DNA of 64,000 bases from Lachnospiraceae bacterium (GCA_030531245.1 JAUNOA010000003.1:8261-72260); one strand, 5' to 3'. Positions 9,462 to 19,087 are shown, numbered from the stretch's first letter. Program-made: numbers and translations. Notes: a model not told the origin generated them from the sequence alone.

Positions 9462-10817
9462 TTAATTTATACTCAGCAAGGCAACAGCCAGGCCGAAATA
9501 TATGGTTAAACTGATAGCATCAACCAAAGTTGTGATAAGCGGTGACGCCATAATTGCCGGATCAAGATGCAGCTTTTTGGCTCCCATAGGAAGCAGGCAT
9601 CCCAATGACTTGGCAATAATCACTGTAATAAACAGGCTGAGCACAACTGTAAGCGAAACCAATTCCCTTCCGGGATACTGGATCATGAGTCTGATAAAAT
9701 TCACTACGCTCAGAACAAATCCGCAGATTACGGCAACCCTGACTTCTTTCCACCATGCTTTCAGAACATCGGAAAGTTCTATTTCTCCGACAGCCATACC
9801 TCTTATGATTGTAGTAGATGCCTGAGAACCAGCATTTCCTCCTGTGTCCATAAGCATGGGAATGAAAGTAACCAGAATAGGCAATACCTGAAAAGCTTCT
9901 TCATATCTTGCAAGTATCGTACCTGTTATCATAGAACTGATCATAAGTATAAGAAGCCATGGAATCCTTTTCTTGGCTATCTCGAAAACAGAAGTCTTCA
10001 GATACGGTTTTTCGGAAGGCAGCATAGCCGCCATTTTTTCAAAGTCTTCCGTTGCCTCTTCTTCCATAACATCGACAACATCATCGACGGTTACGATTCC
10101 GACAAGTCTGTTTTCGTGATCCACAACCGGAAGAGCCATAAGATCATATTTATTGAATAACTCTACGACTTCTTCCTGATCCTGTGTTGTTACGGCCTTG
10201 ATAACATGTGTATCCATTATGCTCTCTATAAGAGTTGTATAAGAGTGCATAAGAAGGTCTTTCACTGTAACTACACCTTCAAGGTTACGCTTGCTGTCCA
10301 TAACATAACAGGTATAGATGATTTCCTTGTCTTCCCCGTAGGCTCTTATATAAGCAAATGCATCTTCAACCGTCATGGTCTTTTTAAGACCGATATATTC
10401 CGCCGTCATAATAGAGCCGGCAGAGTTCTCGGGATACTTCAGGAATTCATTGATCTGTGCACGGGTTCCCGGAGTAGCCTGCTGAAGAACACGTTTGACT
10501 ATATTTGCAGGAAGTTCCTCAAGCATATCAACAGCGTCATCTATCATCAGATCCTCGATGATAGTATGAAGCTCCTTGTCATTGATATCCCGAATGATCC
10601 TCTCCTGCACATCAGGTTCGAGACACGCAAAAACATCGGTTGCCAGCTCCTTTGGAAGCATACGGAACACAACAACCATCTTTTCAGGGTCCAACTGGCC
10701 GATGAACTCGGCCACATCGAACTCATTCATTTCAGAAAGCTCATCCTTCAGGACTCTGAATTTCTTGTCTTCGACAAGCTGCATAAGTTCATCATTTTTC
10801 AACTCTTTATCTTCCAT
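9462..10817 (-). CDS. mgtE: Magnesium transporter MgtE
   Basis: 451 aa with the MgtE N-domain, tandem CBS domains and a C-terminal 5-TM channel carrying the PMLMDTGGNAGSQ motif. Confidence 0.93.
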   Translation of the reverse strand: MEDKELKNDELMQLVEDKKFRVLKDELSEMNEFDVAEFIGQLDPEKMVVVFRMLPKELATDVFACLEPDVQERIIRDINDKELHTIIEDLMIDDAVDMLEELPANIVKRVLQQATPGTRAQINEFLKYPENSAGSIMTAEYIGLKKTMTVEDAFAYIRAYGEDKEIIYTCYVMDSKRNLEGVVTVKDLLMHSYTTLIESIMDTHVIKAVTTQDQEEVVELFNKYDLMALPVVDHENRLVGIVTVDDVVDVMEEEATEDFEKMAAMLPSEKPYLKTSVFEIAKKRIPWLLILMISSMITGTILARYEEAFQVLPILVTFIPMLMDTGGNAGSQASTTIIRGMAVGEIELSDVLKAWWKEVRVAVICGFVLSVVNFIRLMIQYPGRELVSLTVVLSLFITVIIAKSLGCLLPMGAKKLHLDPAIMASPLITTLVDAISLTIYFGLAVALLSIN

Positions 10818-10854
10818 AACTTATGCTCCTTTCGAATGAAATCCTGATCAGGTA

Positions 10855-12981
10855 TTATTCTGCATCCTCCCTTGCATTTGAGGAAATATCGGACGGACGC
10901 ATGCTGAGATCCACTCTTCCTCTCATTGCATCAATCTTGATTACCTTGGCAGTTACCTGATCACCGATATTTACAACATCTTCAACCTTTCCGACTCTTC
11001 TGTCGGCAAGTTTTGAGATATGTATCATACCCTCTTTTCCGGGTGCAAACTCAACAAATGCACCGAACTCAAGAATACGTGTTACTTTTCCGTTAAGGAC
11101 CATTCCTACTTCAAGATCAGTAACAATATTTTTAATGATTTCAATGGCCTTGGCGATCATTTCCTTATCTGTTCCGGAAACACTTACCATACCATCTTCG
11201 TCTATGTCAATCTTTACTCCGGTCTCTTCAATGATCTTATTTATCGTCTTGCCCTGTTTGCCGACAACATCACCTATCTTCTGCGGATCTATTGTGATCT
11301 GTTCGATCTTAGGTGCATACTTGCTGACTTCTTTTCTAGGTTCTGCAATTGCAGGCTTCATACATGTATTCATGATAAATGTACGTGCTTCCTTGCATCT
11401 TGCGATAGCTCCCTCGACGATCGGTCTGGTGAGACCGTGAATCTTTATATCCATCTGAATCGCAGTGATTCCGTCATCAGTTCCGGTAACCTTGAAGTCC
11501 ATATCTCCGAAGAAATCTTCAAGTCCCTGGATATCTGTAAGCAGTATGAAATCATCGTCTGTTTCGCCGGTCACAAGACCGCAGCTTATACCTGCAACCA
11601 TCTTTTTGATAGGAACACCTGCTGCCATAAGTGACATACAGGATGCACAGGTCGATCCCATGGAAGTAGAGCCGTTTGATTCAAATGTTTCCGATACGCA
11701 GCGGATAGCATACGGAAATTCTTCTTCTGACGGAAGTACCGGAATAAGAGCTCTTTCTGCCAAAGCACCGTGTCCGATTTCTCTTCGTCCCGGTCCTCTG
11801 GATACTTTTGTTTCTCCTACCGAATATGCAGGGAAATTATAATGATGCATATATCTCTTGTATGTTGTATACGCATCGAGTCCGTCTATCTTCTGTACCT
11901 CAGAAAGCGGTGCAAGTGTGCAGACATCACATATCTGCGTCTGACCGCGTGTGAACATTGCAGATCCGTGAACTCTTGGAATGATATCGACTTCAGCAGC
12001 CAGCGGACGAATCTGTGTAATCTCTCTTCCGTCCGGACGCTTATGATCTTTAAGGATCATTTTCCTTACGGTCTTTTTCTCGTACTGATACATAGCATCG
12101 GGAATAAGTGCGATCCAGCTTTCATCCCAGTCTGAAGCAGCTTCCTGAAGCTGCGCAGTAAGCTCGGCAATATTTGCCTCTCTCTTCTGCTTGTCATCCG
12201 TAAATACTGCTTCTTCCATCTTCTCCGGCAAAATGATCTGCTTCATAGCGGCAAACATTTCCTCCGGAACAGCGCAGCTTTCGTATGAGTGCTTTTCTTT
12301 TCCGCAGGCTGCAACTATTTCATCGATGAAAGCAATGATTTTCTTGTTTACGTCATCTGCCAGATAAATGGCTTCGATCATTTTAGCTTCCGGAACTTCA
12401 TTGGCACCAGCCTCGATCATAATAACTTTATCTCTGGTAGAAGCAACTGTAAGCTTCAGGTCTGAAACAACCTGCTGCTTCTGGGTCGGGTTGATGATAA
12501 ATTCACCGTCAATAAGACCGACCTGAGTTGTAGCGCATGGTCCGTCAAACGGAATATCCGAAATTGCCGTGGCAATAGCTGATCCCAGCATAGCTGTCAG
12601 TTCAGGTGAACAGTTCTCATCTACAGACATAACAAGGTTATTCAGTGTGACATCATTGCGATAGTCCTTCGGGAATAACGGTCTCATGGGGCGATCAATA
12701 ACACGGCTTGTAAGGATGGCATTTTCACTGGCCTTTCCTTCCCTTTTGTTGAATCCACCCGGAATTTTTCCTACGGCATACATCTTCTCTTCGTACTCTA
12801 CCGAAAGGGGGAAGAAATCCACTCCTTCTCTCGGTGCATCGGATGCCGTTGCTGTTGATAAAACAACTGTTTCGCCATAGTGTATAAATGCTGCACCATT
12901 GGCCTGTTTAGCCACACGACCAACATCTACTGTCAGTGTTCGTCCGGCAAGATCCATGCTGAAACTCTTAAAACTGCTCAT
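10855..12981 (-). CDS. pnp: Polyribonucleotide nucleotidyltransferase (PNPase)
   Basis: Two RNase PH domains plus KH and S1 domains. The ORF extends to 13017, but the ATG at 12981 (MSSFKSFSMDLAGR...) sits 7 nt after AAGGAG and is the more likely start. Confidence 0.93.
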   Translation of the reverse strand: MSSFKSFSMDLAGRTLTVDVGRVAKQANGAAFIHYGETVVLSTATASDAPREGVDFFPLSVEYEEKMYAVGKIPGGFNKREGKASENAILTSRVIDRPMRPLFPKDYRNDVTLNNLVMSVDENCSPELTAMLGSAIATAISDIPFDGPCATTQVGLIDGEFIINPTQKQQVVSDLKLTVASTRDKVIMIEAGANEVPEAKMIEAIYLADDVNKKIIAFIDEIVAACGKEKHSYESCAVPEEMFAAMKQIILPEKMEEAVFTDDKQKREANIAELTAQLQEAASDWDESWIALIPDAMYQYEKKTVRKMILKDHKRPDGREITQIRPLAAEVDIIPRVHGSAMFTRGQTQICDVCTLAPLSEVQKIDGLDAYTTYKRYMHHYNFPAYSVGETKVSRGPGRREIGHGALAERALIPVLPSEEEFPYAIRCVSETFESNGSTSMGSTCASCMSLMAAGVPIKKMVAGISCGLVTGETDDDFILLTDIQGLEDFFGDMDFKVTGTDDGITAIQMDIKIHGLTRPIVEGAIARCKEARTFIMNTCMKPAIAEPRKEVSKYAPKIEQITIDPQKIGDVVGKQGKTINKIIEETGVKIDIDEDGMVSVSGTDKEMIAKAIEIIKNIVTDLEVGMVLNGKVTRILEFGAFVEFAPGKEGMIHISKLADRRVGKVEDVVNIGDQVTAKVIKIDAMRGRVDLSMRPSDISSNAREDAE

Positions 12982-13025
12982 TGTTTTCTCCTTCTTTTCT
13001 CCTTCTTTTCTCCCCATCTATTAGC

Positions 13026-13054
13026 ATAAAAGGGTGGAGATGATTCTCCACCCT
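13026..13054 (-). terminator. rpsO terminator / rpsO-pnp intergenic hairpin
   Basis: 9-bp stem AGGGTGGAG (13031-13039) / CTCCACCCT (13045-13053), followed on the minus strand by TTTTAT. Confidence 0.75.
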
Positions 13055-13064
13055 GCAAAATCAA

Positions 13065-13331
13065 TTACTTTCTTAAGCCAAGTCTCTCGATAAGTGTTCT
13101 GTATGCTTCGATGTCTTTGTTCTTAAGATATTTAAGAAGTCCTCTTCTCTGTCCAACCATCTTCAAAAGACCTCTTCTTGAATGGAAATCCTTTGGATTC
13201 TGTGAAAGATGCTCGTTAAGCTCCTCTATTCTTGCTGTAAGGATAGCTACCTGAACCTCTGGTGAACCTGTATCACCCTCTTTACGTGCATACTGATTGA
13301 TAACTGCTGTTTTCTTCTCTTTTGTAATCAT
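13065..13331 (-). CDS. rpsO: 30S ribosomal protein S15
   Basis: 88 aa; ...[47 protein letters not shown] is a typical S15 sequence. Confidence 0.97.
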   Translation of the reverse strand: MITKEKKTAVINQYARKEGDTGSPEVQVAILTARIEELNEHLSQNPKDFHSRRGLLKMVGQRRGLLKYLKNKDIEAYRTLIERLGLRK

Positions 13332-13448
13332 TTTATTTCTCCTTAATAATAATTCTCACCTCAAACAATGTACAGGTTGGAGTATCCATATACATAGCAA
13401 GGGCGCAACTTGCTTTACACAAGCTAAAGTATAATACCACAAAACACC

Positions 13449-14075
13449 TTACAGTGTCAATCCATTGGTATCATATAAACATTTCCTTATTATATGATAT
13501 TTACTTATATTAAGTACAGACATAATTATATCCGGCTTCAGGTTTCCGGCACTTCCCTGGGCAATATGCAGGAAAACACCGTCTCCGGTCAGTTCGGCTT
13601 TATATATCATGGGTTTTATGTCGACCTTTTTTTTATCTCCAGATTTGCTTTCTTTTGTTATTATTATTTCTGGCTGATTCAACGGATCAAGTGATTCACA
13701 GTCACATTCAACGAAATAATCTGCAGAAGCAACAAGACTCATCGCATTTCCGGTATTATCATCGATATATTTCCAGTCAAGGACTCTTATACCGTCACAC
13801 ATAACTTCATTTAATCTTCGGATTGCCGTATCGGGATCAACCTGTTCCGTTATTTCTATATCCAGAATCTCATAATCACTTTCGATACCCACACCAAGCG
13901 GTGCGGCAAAACTCATTATTTGGTGAGGTGAAAAACCCTCGCTGTATCTGATAGGAATGTCTGCTCTCCGCATCGCCTTCTGGAAATATCTCATTATATC
14001 AAGATGACCGATATATCTGGTATTGCCGTGCTTTGAGAATTTAATTCTTACTTTCAAAGCAAACACCTCCTTCAT
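13449..14075 (-). CDS. Radical SAM-linked protein (DUF2344 / TIGR03936-type)
   Basis: 208 aa; VRIKFSKHGNTRYIGHLDIMRYFQKAMRRADIPIRYSEGFSPHQIMSFAAPLGVG matches this family. It overlaps the upstream radical SAM gene by 35 nt. Confidence 0.8.
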   Translation of the reverse strand: MKEVFALKVRIKFSKHGNTRYIGHLDIMRYFQKAMRRADIPIRYSEGFSPHQIMSFAAPLGVGIESDYEILDIEITEQVDPDTAIRRLNEVMCDGIRVLDWKYIDDNTGNAMSLVASADYFVECDCESLDPLNQPEIIITKESKSGDKKKVDIKPMIYKAELTGDGVFLHIAQGSAGNLKPDIIMSVLNISKYHIIRKCLYDTNGLTL

Positions 14076-15894
14076 AGCATCTTGCGCCGCATCCGGAGCA
14101 TTGCTGCCTGCAGTTCGGCGTGGTCACTCCGTTTAAAGCATTGCTCCATTCTCTTTTAAGAAACTCCTTAGTAACCCCGATGTCGATAAAGTCCCATGGA
14201 AGCAGCTCATCCTGATCTCTTTCCCTGTTATAAAACTCTTTTGACATTCCGCATTCATCAAATGCTTCATCCCATAATTCACTCTTAAAACTGTCGGACC
14301 ATGCATCGTACATGCAGCCCTTCCGATATGCGGTCTCAATCAGACGGGACAGTTTCCTGTCTCCTCTGGCAAATACACCTTCCAGAACTGATACTTCAGG
14401 ATCATGCCATGCATATTTTATACATTTCTGATTCAACTGCTGTCTTATGTGATCCATAACTGCCCCTGCCATCTCTCTGTACTCGTCTGCGGTATACATC
14501 GGAGCCCATTGAAACGGTGTGAACGGCTTTGGAACAAAAAACGATGAACTGGCTGATATCTGAACTTTCCCGACTCTTTCTTCTTTTGGAATCGTGTAAT
14601 AATTTTCGGCAATTTTCTCGCAGAGGTCACCGATGCCGTCCCTGTCCTCAGGACCCTCTGTCGGAAGACCAAGCATAAAATACATCTTGACTTTATTCCA
14701 ACCGCCCTTGAATGCTTCCATCGAACCTTTCAGAATATCTTCTTCAGTTATTCCTTTGTTGATAACATCACGTAGTCTCTGGGTACCGGCTTCGGATGCA
14801 AATGTCAGTGAGGATTTTTTAACATCCTGAACTTTATTCATCACATCAAGAGAAAATGTATCGATGCGCAGAGAAGGCAGAGAAATATTGACTTTCTTTA
14901 CGGAAGTATAATCGATAAGAAAATCAAGCAATTCTTCTATTTTGGAAAAATCACTCGAGCTGAGTGAACTTAAGGATATCTCATCGGAACCCGTAAGCTC
15001 AAGCATCTTTACAGCATAGTCTTTTAAATATTCAATACTGTGCTCCCGAAGCGGTCTGTAGATGATTCCGGCCTGACAGAATCTGCAGCCTCTTATACAT
15101 CCGCGCATGATTTCCAGAACAACACGGTCCTGAGTGACTTTGATAAACGGTACAATAGGTTTATCAATGAACCTGACACTGTCCATGTCGACAACGGCCT
15201 GACGCCTTACTTTTCCGGGAACATCCTCATATTCGGGTGTAAATGAATTCACTGTTCCGTCTTCGTTATATCGTACATCATAAAGTGAAGGAACATAGAT
15301 TCCTTCAATATGGGAAACCTGTCTCAGGAATTCACTTCTGTTTCCCTTGTATTTCTTATACAGATCCATGACTTCATCATACTTAGTCTCTGCCTCACCT
15401 ATATACAGGAAATCAAAGAAATCCGCTATCGGTTCCGGATTATAAGTGCAGGTTCCTCCTCCGAAAACTATCGGGTCGGCATCTGTACGGTCTTTTGAAT
15501 AAAGCGGAATACCGGAGAGATCGAGAATCTGAAGAACGTTTGTATAGCACATCTCATATCCCATTGATATCCCGATCATATCCATCTCCTTAACGGGAGA
15601 CTGGGATTCAAGCGTGAAAAGAGGGATCTTTCTTTCGCGCATAATCGCATCAAGATCGTGCCAGGGTGAAAACACCCTCTCACAATATATATCCTCACGT
15701 CTGTTGAACAGCTCGTAAATAATCTGAATACCTATATTGCTCATTCCGATTTCATAAACATCGGGGAAGCATAAAGCAATTCTTATATCGACATCATCCG
15801 CATTCTTAACACACATATTCGGCTCATTGCCGATATATCGTGCCGGTTTTTCAATATTCAGTAAAATATCTTCGCTTAAAAATGTTTTATTCAT
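14041..15894 (-). CDS. B12-binding-domain radical SAM protein (TIGR03960-type), function unknown
   Basis: 617 aa with the cluster motif CIRGCRFCQAG and an N-terminal B12-binding-like region. It is paired with the DUF2344 partner. Confidence 0.8.
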   Translation of the reverse strand: MNKTFLSEDILLNIEKPARYIGNEPNMCVKNADDVDIRIALCFPDVYEIGMSNIGIQIIYELFNRREDIYCERVFSPWHDLDAIMRERKIPLFTLESQSPVKEMDMIGISMGYEMCYTNVLQILDLSGIPLYSKDRTDADPIVFGGGTCTYNPEPIADFFDFLYIGEAETKYDEVMDLYKKYKGNRSEFLRQVSHIEGIYVPSLYDVRYNEDGTVNSFTPEYEDVPGKVRRQAVVDMDSVRFIDKPIVPFIKVTQDRVVLEIMRGCIRGCRFCQAGIIYRPLREHSIEYLKDYAVKMLELTGSDEISLSSLSSSDFSKIEELLDFLIDYTSVKKVNISLPSLRIDTFSLDVMNKVQDVKKSSLTFASEAGTQRLRDVINKGITEEDILKGSMEAFKGGWNKVKMYFMLGLPTEGPEDRDGIGDLCEKIAENYYTIPKEERVGKVQISASSSFFVPKPFTPFQWAPMYTADEYREMAGAVMDHIRQQLNQKCIKYAWHDPEVSVLEGVFARGDRKLSRLIETAYRKGCMYDAWSDSFKSELWDEAFDECGMSKEFYNRERDQDELLPWDFIDIGVTKEFLKREWSNALNGVTTPNCRQQCSGCGARCYEGGVCFESKN

Positions 15895-16423
15895 CTCTTA
15901 AATCTAAATCTGTCTGCAACGGAACAAGATAATGTACAAACATTTCTCCCTGTTGACTTATCAGCATCTCCTTGTTAATCTCATCAAATTTAAAGCTCTT
16001 TCTGCCGCCGTTAATCATACGGTTCCAGAATTTATTCAGATCTTTCAGCGGAATATAATACATCTCATTCCTATGTGTAAAATGAATTATCAGAAAACTG
16101 ACTCCGCCCTGTTTTTCAAAGCAATTCATAAAGTCTATCTGATGTTCATGAACGTTTTGAAGAGGGAATGTATCAGTGGCACATTCTTTGGCATCGAAAC
16201 ATATCGGAATTCCCTGCACCGCACCGATATAATCAACGGTACTCTTCTGATCAAAATACGCCAGGGTTATATGTCTGGACTCTTTGTCTATATCAATAGG
16301 CGTAATGGGAGTAGGTATTTTCTGTATGAGAGCCAGCCCTTTTTCTTTATATATATAATTTGTATGATTGATCATATCCTCGAGGGTAGATCCTCGAAGG
16401 CCCCTGGATTTCCATGTACCCAT
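15887..16423 (-). CDS. recU: Holliday junction resolvase RecU
   Basis: 178 aa; SRGLRGSTLEDMINHTNYIY...PTPI...DYIG...FDAKEC...FPLQNVHEHQIDFM aligns with B. subtilis RecU motifs. The conserved N-terminus supports the long start, which overlaps the upstream gene by 52 nt. Confidence 0.88.
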   Translation of the reverse strand: MGTWKSRGLRGSTLEDMINHTNYIYKEKGLALIQKIPTPITPIDIDKESRHITLAYFDQKSTVDYIGAVQGIPICFDAKECATDTFPLQNVHEHQIDFMNCFEKQGGVSFLIIHFTHRNEMYYIPLKDLNKFWNRMINGGRKSFKFDEINKEMLISQQGEMFVHYLVPLQTDLDLRDE

Positions 16424-17295
16424 TTCATATCCTCCGGTATTCTGGATGTGTACGAGCTTCCGTCCGGAAATGTTATCCTGTATGCGTGAAGCATCTGCCG
16501 TCCGGCACCTTTCCCCGACCCGTATTTTCTGTCACCGATAAGCGGATGACCTGCCGAAGCCAGATGCATTCTGATCTGATGGGTCTTTCCTGTTATCAGT
16601 CTTACCATGATTACAGTTCTGACCCCATCGGTCCATATCGGTTTATACTCGGTTTCGATATAATCCCCTTCATCGGACAAGCTTACGATGTTCTCTTTTT
16701 TATCTTTTTTGAGATGTCCTTTCAGGACTCCCTGTGTGCGGAGCTCACCCTCGACTATTGCGATATAATCTTTATGTACTGTTCTTTCACGAAGCAAAAC
16801 CGCCATGGACTGCAGGCCTTTCAGGGATTTTCCGCAGATTATCAGCCCACTCGTATTCCTGTCGAGGCGGTTGCATATAGATGGTTTAAATGTCTGCAGA
16901 TCCCTTTCGGATAACTGACCGGATTTCAGCAAATATGAAATCAGCATATCATTTACGGAAACATCTGACGGTCTGGCTTTCTGAGAAAGCATCCCGGCAG
17001 GTTTGTTGAATACGATGATATCCGTATCCTCATATACTATTTCAAGATCTTCAGACAATGTGACATATGACTCCGAATTGCTGAATTTCAGCAGGGTATC
17101 TTCTGATAACCATATCTGGACTCTGTCACCCTCACACAGAATTTCATTACCGGCACATCTTTTGTCGTTCAATGTAATATTCTTTTTTCTGATCATTTTG
17201 TAAATAAAACCTTTTCCTGCATCAGGCAAAGACTTGGTAACAAGTTTATCAAGTCTTTGATTTGCTTCATTTTTGCCTATGATCAGTTCTTTCAA
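16372..17295 (-). CDS. RluA-family 23S rRNA pseudouridine synthase (RluD/RluC-like, S4 domain)
   Basis: 307 aa with an S4-like N-terminus, then FNKPAGMLSQ, NRLDRNTSGLIICGKS and TGKTHQIRMHLA motifs. Confidence 0.88.
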   Translation of the reverse strand: MKELIIGKNEANQRLDKLVTKSLPDAGKGFIYKMIRKKNITLNDKRCAGNEILCEGDRVQIWLSEDTLLKFSNSESYVTLSEDLEIVYEDTDIIVFNKPAGMLSQKARPSDVSVNDMLISYLLKSGQLSERDLQTFKPSICNRLDRNTSGLIICGKSLKGLQSMAVLLRERTVHKDYIAIVEGELRTQGVLKGHLKKDKKENIVSLSDEGDYIETEYKPIWTDGVRTVIMVRLITGKTHQIRMHLASAGHPLIGDRKYGSGKGAGRQMLHAYRITFPDGSSYTSRIPEDMKWVHGNPGAFEDLPSRI

Positions 17296-17708
17296 TTATA
17301 TCTCCAACCCGGGTAATACTTGTTCTTGCATTTCGTGCCGCTTTGTTTTATCCATCCCAATGGATGATTGTCTACGCACAGCAGTCTGTATCCTTCATAC
17401 AAATCATCCGCTTCGATGGTCTCGCCCTTCAGATATCTCATAACACGTTCATCTGACAAGGAAAAATTAATCGGATTGTCCCACTCATCCGCTTTTAAAT
17501 TCATAGCAAGTGCCTGAGAAGGTTCAAACCGTCCGTTCCTTACACGTCCCATCAGAAGCCCCGTTCTGATATAATGAATCTTAGGATCCAACCGGCAGTT
17601 TCCTGGAAGATAGTATATATACTCATTATTCCGGTAAAACCTGTCTGCGTCGTACGGAATCTTTATCTTATTCAGGAATTCATTAAAGTTTTTTAAATCT
17701 GGCAACAA
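17292..17708 (-). CDS. RsmF/YebU-type methyltransferase C-terminal (PUA-like) fragment
   Basis: 138 aa ORF starting at TTG. It resembles the C-terminal RNA-binding domains normally fused to NOL1/NOP2/Sun methyltransferases. It overlaps the upstream catalytic ORF by 26 nt in the +1 frame. Confidence 0.6.
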   Translation of the reverse strand: MLPDLKNFNEFLNKIKIPYDADRFYRNNEYIYYLPGNCRLDPKIHYIRTGLLMGRVRNGRFEPSQALAMNLKADEWDNPINFSLSDERVMRYLKGETIEADDLYEGYRLLCVDNHPLGWIKQSGTKCKNKYYPGWRYN

Positions 17709-18531
17709 AATGTCCTTCTCCTTTTATCCTGTGAGGAAATAGTTTTGTCATTTTTTCCAGCTTCATACATGGATAATTTTCCAAAACCCAGTCTACATTA
17801 TCCTCGTCTTCTGTTTTGGAAAAAGTACAGGTCGAATATACAAGTACACCGCCTGGTTTTAACATTGTAATTGCTGCTTCAAGAACCGATTTCTGAATGG
17901 GTGCGAAAAAACCCGGTCCGTGTTCTCTGTATGCATTCAGGACAGCTCTGTCTTTTCTGAACATCCCTTCACCGGAACAGGGAGCATCCACAAGTATCTT
18001 GTCAAAAAATTCCGGATATACTGCTTCAAGATCATGAGGATCCGCACAGGTTATGACAACATTACCTATTCCCGCCAGCTCAATGTTTTTTAACAACGCT
18101 TTGCATCTGGACGCACTGAGATCATTCGTTACAAGGTACCCTTTACCTGTCAGTCCGGCCGCGATCTGAGTCGATTTCCCCCCGGGAGCGGCACACAGAT
18201 CAAGAACTATATCATCCGGTTCGGGAGCAAGCCATGTAACCGGAGTCATCGCACTGGGTTCCTGGATATAATACAGACCGGCATAGTAAAACGGATGCTT
18301 AGTAAATACTGAAGTATCCGTTACATAAAAGCCCTCTTCGACCCATGGAATCTGACTGTGTTCGGTATTGATTTTTCCAAAGACTTCTTCGGCGTTCGTT
18401 TTCAGAGGATTGATGCGTACGCCGGAAAAAGGAGGCTCCGAAAGCGTCCTGACATACTCAGGAAAAGTATCTCCCAGTTGTTTTTTCATGGAAGAAATAT
18501 AGCTTTCGGGTAAATCATTAATAGAAATCAT
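17683..18531 (-). CDS. NOL1/NOP2/Sun-family rRNA m5C methyltransferase catalytic fragment (RsmF-like)
   Basis: 282 aa with SAM-binding DLCAAPGGKST, catalytic DAPCSGEGMFRK and YSTCTF motifs. It ends at GEGHFVARFKKL-stop, right after an A6 run. Confidence 0.85.
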   Translation of the reverse strand: MISINDLPESYISSMKKQLGDTFPEYVRTLSEPPFSGVRINPLKTNAEEVFGKINTEHSQIPWVEEGFYVTDTSVFTKHPFYYAGLYYIQEPSAMTPVTWLAPEPDDIVLDLCAAPGGKSTQIAAGLTGKGYLVTNDLSASRCKALLKNIELAGIGNVVITCADPHDLEAVYPEFFDKILVDAPCSGEGMFRKDRAVLNAYREHGPGFFAPIQKSVLEAAITMLKPGGVLVYSTCTFSKTEDEDNVDWVLENYPCMKLEKMTKLFPHRIKGEGHFVARFKKL

Positions 18532-18532
18532 A

Positions 18533-19087
18533 TCAATCCTGACTGCTGTCTGCTGATGACAACAATTCGTTTCTGTTGGCTGTGATCGTATTATAGTTCA
18601 TTTCAAGATTATTGTAGAAAGTCTCAAATTTCTGTTTTGAATTCGTCATCATTGATTCCAGCTCATCCTGAAGAACAGCCATCATATCATCTGAATATTT
18701 AAGTATTGCGCGCTTCATTGCCTGGGAATCAGCTGTGGCTCTGTCAAGAATATTTGTTGCCTGAATATTGGCATTTTCTATTACCTGATTTGAATTTTCA
18801 AGTGCCTTCTGCATGATTTCATGTTCATCGATCATCTGGGTCTGAAGCTTATTGGCAGCCTCAACCATACCATCTGCTTTCAGCTTTGCATTTTTCATGA
18901 TGGCATCCTGATTATTGATGATTTTTTTGTACTGGCTGACCTCTTCCGGAATCTGAAGTCTCAATTCATTAAGCATTTCCGCAAGTTCTTCTTTATTTAC
19001 AACAACCTTGGTTGAAGAAAATGCAGACGGTTTACAATCTTCAATATAAGCTTCAATATCATCGATTAACTGTTCAATTCTACTCAT
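18533..19087 (-). CDS. Coiled-coil protein of unknown function
   Basis: 184 aa, highly charged and Q/N/E-rich with heptad-like sequence. No catalytic motifs recognised. It is tightly packed after coaD. Confidence 0.5.
   Translation of the reverse strand: MSRIEQLIDDIEAYIEDCKPSAFSSTKVVVNKEELAEMLNELRLQIPEEVSQYKKIINNQDAIMKNAKLKADGMVEAANKLQTQMIDEHEIMQKALENSNQVIENANIQATNILDRATADSQAMKRAILKYSDDMMAVLQDELESMMTNSKQKFETFYNNLEMNYNTITANRNELLSSADSSQD

Noticed and set aside
12984-13013. Tandem 11-nt repeat (ttttctccttc x2.7), giving GGAGAAAAGAAGGAGAAAAGAAGGAGAAAACAATG upstream of pnp; considered as a regulatory repeat or an N-terminal extension (MGRKEGEKKEKT).
   Set aside because: It is most simply a duplicated purine-rich SD region. 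The extension has no homology value, and the ATG at 12981 has ideal SD spacing. Not enough evidence for anything more.
16372-16423. 52-nt overlap of recU with the preceding pseudouridine synthase gene; an internal ATG at 16375 forms an ATGA overlap with the stop and looked like the true start.
   Set aside because: Residues upstream of that Met (SRGLRGSTLED) align with the conserved RecU N-terminal motif (NRGMTLEDD in B. subtilis), so the longer overlapping ORF is probably real. This is ordinary operon compaction.
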